DNA of 64,000 nt, taken from Eledone cirrhosa (Eukaryota). The notes beneath the pieces were generated by a model. It was not told where the DNA came from. It saw only the letters and a list, made by a program, of their open reading frames with translations, and did not search any database. The translations under genes and the position numbers were made by a program. Of the stretch, positions 60,237 through 64,000 are shown one piece after another. Position 1 is the first letter of the stretch; the number at the start of each line of letters is the position of its first letter. Location of the stretch: positions 89,590,001-89,654,000 of the forward strand of contig OZ024747.1 of NCBI GenBank assembly GCA_964016885.1, written 5' to 3'.

Positions 60237-61884
60237 CAATTAGAGACGGGATATTATGTCTATTTAGTGAGCAGATTCTATTGAATAACATTCTTTTTCT
60301 CACTTTTTTCTGTCAATTGAAAGATATATGTAACTGAATATTCAGTTAAATAAATATCAGTATTAAACAACAGAACTTACCTATTTAATAAATTGATCGA
60401 TGTTGCTTTGGGAAACTTCTAAAGGTAGCAGTCAAATACTAGATCGATATATTTGCCTTCCCCTTCATCGCAGGATTGCTAGTCTTGTGTCAAAATTAGG
60501 AGCCTTCGGGATTTTGTCCTTGTCTTCACAGTAGGGTTTCTTCATTGGCATCAAAACGATTTATTTCAACAATTGCCCTACATGCTTTCTGCCAATAACA
60601 CCAGTTGATCGCATTAGCCGCCACTTTGTTCTTACTGTGTCTCAATATACTGTGAACTAATGTTTTTCCCAGTTTGTCACCAATTAACGGTTCCATAGCA
60701 CACAAATGTAATGACACTTCAGAAGAAATTAATTTACGAGAGACTTGTCTTGTCTTCTATTTCCACAGAGAGTGGAATGGAGAAAATGAAAATTATTTTA
60801 TGGAAGAAAAACTCGTTAGCAAATATCCTTCTAGACATACATATAGGAACATATTTATATTTATCGCCTGAAACAGTTATTTAATTGCAGTCTGTCTCGC
60901 AAGTAAAACTCAAACAACACCCCTACCATCTTAAATAAGAAAAGGACACATCAAATAGCATTAGTTCTAGACACTCCCACAAAAAAAAGGGATAGTCATG
61001 ACTGAATTGACAGAGTCGTTATGGCGTCGGATTAAAAATGTCCAGTTGTTTGTTCCTGCTCGCTGCGCTCTGAGTTCAAATCTTGCCGAGGTCAATTTCG
61101 TCATTTCTAGGTTGATAAAGTATCAATCCAGTACTGGGGTTGATTCTGCTTCCGTCTTTTTCCCTGGAAGAAATCGGCTGCGTTCCGACCTGAATATTAA
61201 AACACGCAGTGTGTCAAGGCTAAGTGTAGCCTATTTGATCAGACTTGACTTAGTGCTAAACAACTACAATGACAATATTTTGGTTTCGGTTCCACTTCAG
61301 CAGCCATGATTATATTGTACGAAGTGTTGGAACTAGCTGGTCGTGGAATTTTACGTGTAAATGACTGAGTACTCCACAGATTCGTGATGTGCACCCTTAA
61401 CGTAGATCTCAGGCAATGCCTTCTCCATCCTTCCCTGCCCGCCCGGACCACGAGACTGACTGACCCTCATGTAGAAAAATAAAGATGGATACTTTTTTGA
61501 CAGACGTTGTATTTCTTTAAGAAGTGTATGGATATAACCTGTTCTGGCAGAGAACTGTAGTATTGTATATCTAACACCTTTCAAAATCACTTAACCTTTA
61601 GCTCTACAAAATACTTCATCAATGCTGGTATAGTCACTGCCTCTGTCTCTCTCGCTCTTCCTATCTCTCACTATTATAAACAAATGGGTGCCCATGCAAT
61701 GGCCGCCCCGCATCCCCGGCGGACAGATTGCATTTATAGATTTGAAAACAGTTACACCAATGTTGTTTTTCACAGAATTTTGGTCAGAATATGAGAAAGA
61801 TGTAGGTTGTTGCTGTTGTTATATAGGTATAATATGTATATGTCATTTTTACAAGACATTTTCGTAACAATAAGTAATCACGTT

Positions 61885-62082
61885 CAGGTTGAATGCCAAC
61901 CTCTAAAAGCTAAAACGGGGAGTACCATGAAAAAAAGTGCTCCAAAACGGGGAGAAATGAGGCAAAATGGCGAGATTTTACATAATGAAAGCCATACCTA
62001 TTTTCACAAGAGAAGACATCTCTCACCCACCCCAAAGTGGGTGGGAGATCTCCCCGTCGGACGGGGAGAGTTGACAAGTCTG
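61885..62082. mobile_element. Putative hAT-type MITE with ACGGGGAG subterminal repeats
   Basis: Right end GTTGACAAGTCTG; left end CAGGTTGAATGCCAAC (imperfect). ACGGGGAG at ~61915, 61947 and 62061, plus inverted CTCCCCGT. Confidence 0.5.
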
Positions 62083-62372
62083 CATCAATAAGTAGACGTG
62101 TTCATGTTGAATCTAGTGTATAAGTTGATATATCGATAAACTATGCCTAAGTTCGACCTTTAGCTTTTCAACTTACTTAGGGCTCATTCATTCCTTTCTT
62201 TAATAGGTTTTCATGCTTACACTGTTATTGATCTCTCGTATCTGAAATAAAATCTATAGCCAACGATGACCAACAAGATGATAATTAAAAGCTTTTCAGC
62301 AATGCTTTTCACTCCCTAACCTTTTCTTCTTGTATCGTTATGACCATATCCTCCTCTCCCTTCCACCCCCAT

Positions 62373-63539
62373 CACTTCACATAGTACCTAGTCATACCAC
62401 CACCAACATTTCACATATTACCTAGTCATACCACCACCAACACTTCACATATTACCTAGTCATACCACCACCAACACTTCACATATTATCTAGTCTTACC
62501 ACCACCAACACTTCACATATTACCTAGTCATACCACCACCAACACTTCACATATTATCTAGTCATACCATCACCAACACTTCATATAGTACCTAGTCTTA
62601 CCACCACCAACACTTCACATATTACCTAGTCATACCACCACAACACTTCACATATTATCTAGTCTTACCACCACCAACACTTCACATATTACCTAGTCAT
62701 ACCACCACAACACTTCACATATTATCTAGTCTTACCACCACCAACACTTCACATATTACCTAGTCATACCACCACCAACACTTCACATATTATCTAGTCA
62801 TACCATCACCAACACTTCATATAGTACCTAGTCTTACCACCACCAACACTTCACATATTATCTAGTCATACCACCACAACACTTCACATATTATCTAGTC
62901 ATACCATCACCAACACTTCACATATTACCTAGTCATACCACCACAACACTTCACATATTATCTAGTCTTACCACCACCAACACTTCACATATTACCTAGT
63001 CATACCACCACAACACTTCACATATTATCTAGTCATACCATCACAACACTTCACATATTATCTAGTCATACCATCACAACACTTCACATATTACCTAGTC
63101 ATACCACCACCAACACTTCACATATTACCTAGTCATACCACCACAACACTTCACATATTATCTAGTCATACCGCCACCAACACTTCACATATTATCTAGT
63201 CATACCATCACAACACTTCACATATTATCTAGTCATACCATCACAACACTTCACATATTACCTAGTCATACCACCACCAACACTTCACATATTACCTAGT
63301 CATACCACCACAACACTTCACATATTACCTAGTCATACCACCACCAACACTTCACATATTACCTAGTCATACCACCACCAACACTTCACATATTATCTAG
63401 TCATACCCCACAACACTTCACATATTACCTAGTCATACCACCACCAACACTTCACATATTATCTAGTCATACCACCACCAACACTTCACATATTACCTAG
63501 TCATACCATCACAACACTTCACATATTACCTAGTCATAC
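62373..63539. repeat. Minisatellite, ~35 x 33-34 bp CACTTCACATATTA(C/T)CTAGTC(A/T)TACCACCA(C)CAA
   Basis: Directly visible, highly homogeneous array. Confidence 0.98.
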
Positions 63540-63827
63540 TTCGACTGTTGCCCTTTATATCACGCTGCAGCTGTAAAAGAAACACGGTTTTATTTGTTAT
63601 ATAAATTAACTTTCCTGCCAAATCCGTTCCTTCATCATACCATATGGTCACGAACGTAAGATTTAGAATTCCTTTCTTACGATGTAATATGGTACCCCCT
63701 GTACCGGTATCACTGAGTATGTTGTAACAGTCATGTATTTGTACTTCGCAGATATATGTTGAGTTCGCTAGTGCATGTATATGTGTGTTTGTTTGCGGAG
63801 ATATTTAAGTTCGATAGAGAATGTATA

Positions 63828-64000
63828 GACAGCGAATTAGCAGAGTTGTTAAAACATAGGATAGAATGCTTTATGGTATTCATTCCAGCTCTCTGCTTTC
63901 GGAGTTCAAATCCCGCCGAGTTCAACCTTGCCTTTTATCCTTTCGAGGTTGATAAATAAAGTACCAGTCTAGTACTGGGGTCGATTCTTCCTCTATATCT
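63828..64000 (+). mobile_element. tRNA-derived SINE family A (runs off the window)
   Basis: GAGTTCAAATCCCGCCGAG, TTGCCTTTTATCCTTTCGAGGTTGATAAATAAAGTACCAG. Confidence 0.88.

Noticed and set aside
60526-61773. Minus-strand ORFs 60526-60717, 61351-61590 and 61591-61773
   Set aside because: Short, no recognisable motifs or convincing paired splice sites; cannot be supported without a homology search.
62373-63539. CRISPR-like array (33-34-bp repeats)
   Set aside because: Units are directly adjacent with no unique spacers, there are no cas genes, and the context is eukaryotic.

Overview
AT-rich, repeat-dense metazoan DNA with no intact protein-coding gene recognisable. The tRNA-derived SINE families, RTE LINEs and long (TA)/(CA)/(GA) microsatellites look like a coleoid cephalopod (octopus-like) genome; that assignment is inference. 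Best-supported content: a 5'-truncated, frameshifted RTE LINE with a PHD-type finger inserted in its RT (5897-8966, -), fragments of Tx1/L1, CR1, Jockey-group, HERO-like and further RTE LINEs, many SINEs, a piggyBac-type TTAA MITE family, two solo LTRs each with a 4-bp TSD, and several minisatellites. The most notable structure is a ~3.1-kb TSD-flanked, apparently non-coding Penelope-like element with ~0.8-kb inverted arms, each holding a variant-core minimal hammerhead ribozyme (35734-38875). Several other hammerhead-like remnants are scattered through the window. Also notable are a 600-bp TSD-flanked bipartite RTE derivative with a triplicated structured 110-nt module, an inverted MITE dimer flanked by a 54-bp TTAA-to-TTAA duplication, and a pre-miRNA-like hairpin. 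A CpG-retaining region at ~57.6-58.9 kb may be the promoter/first exon of a minus-strand spliced transcript. All alignments and folds were done by eye and most boundaries are approximate.
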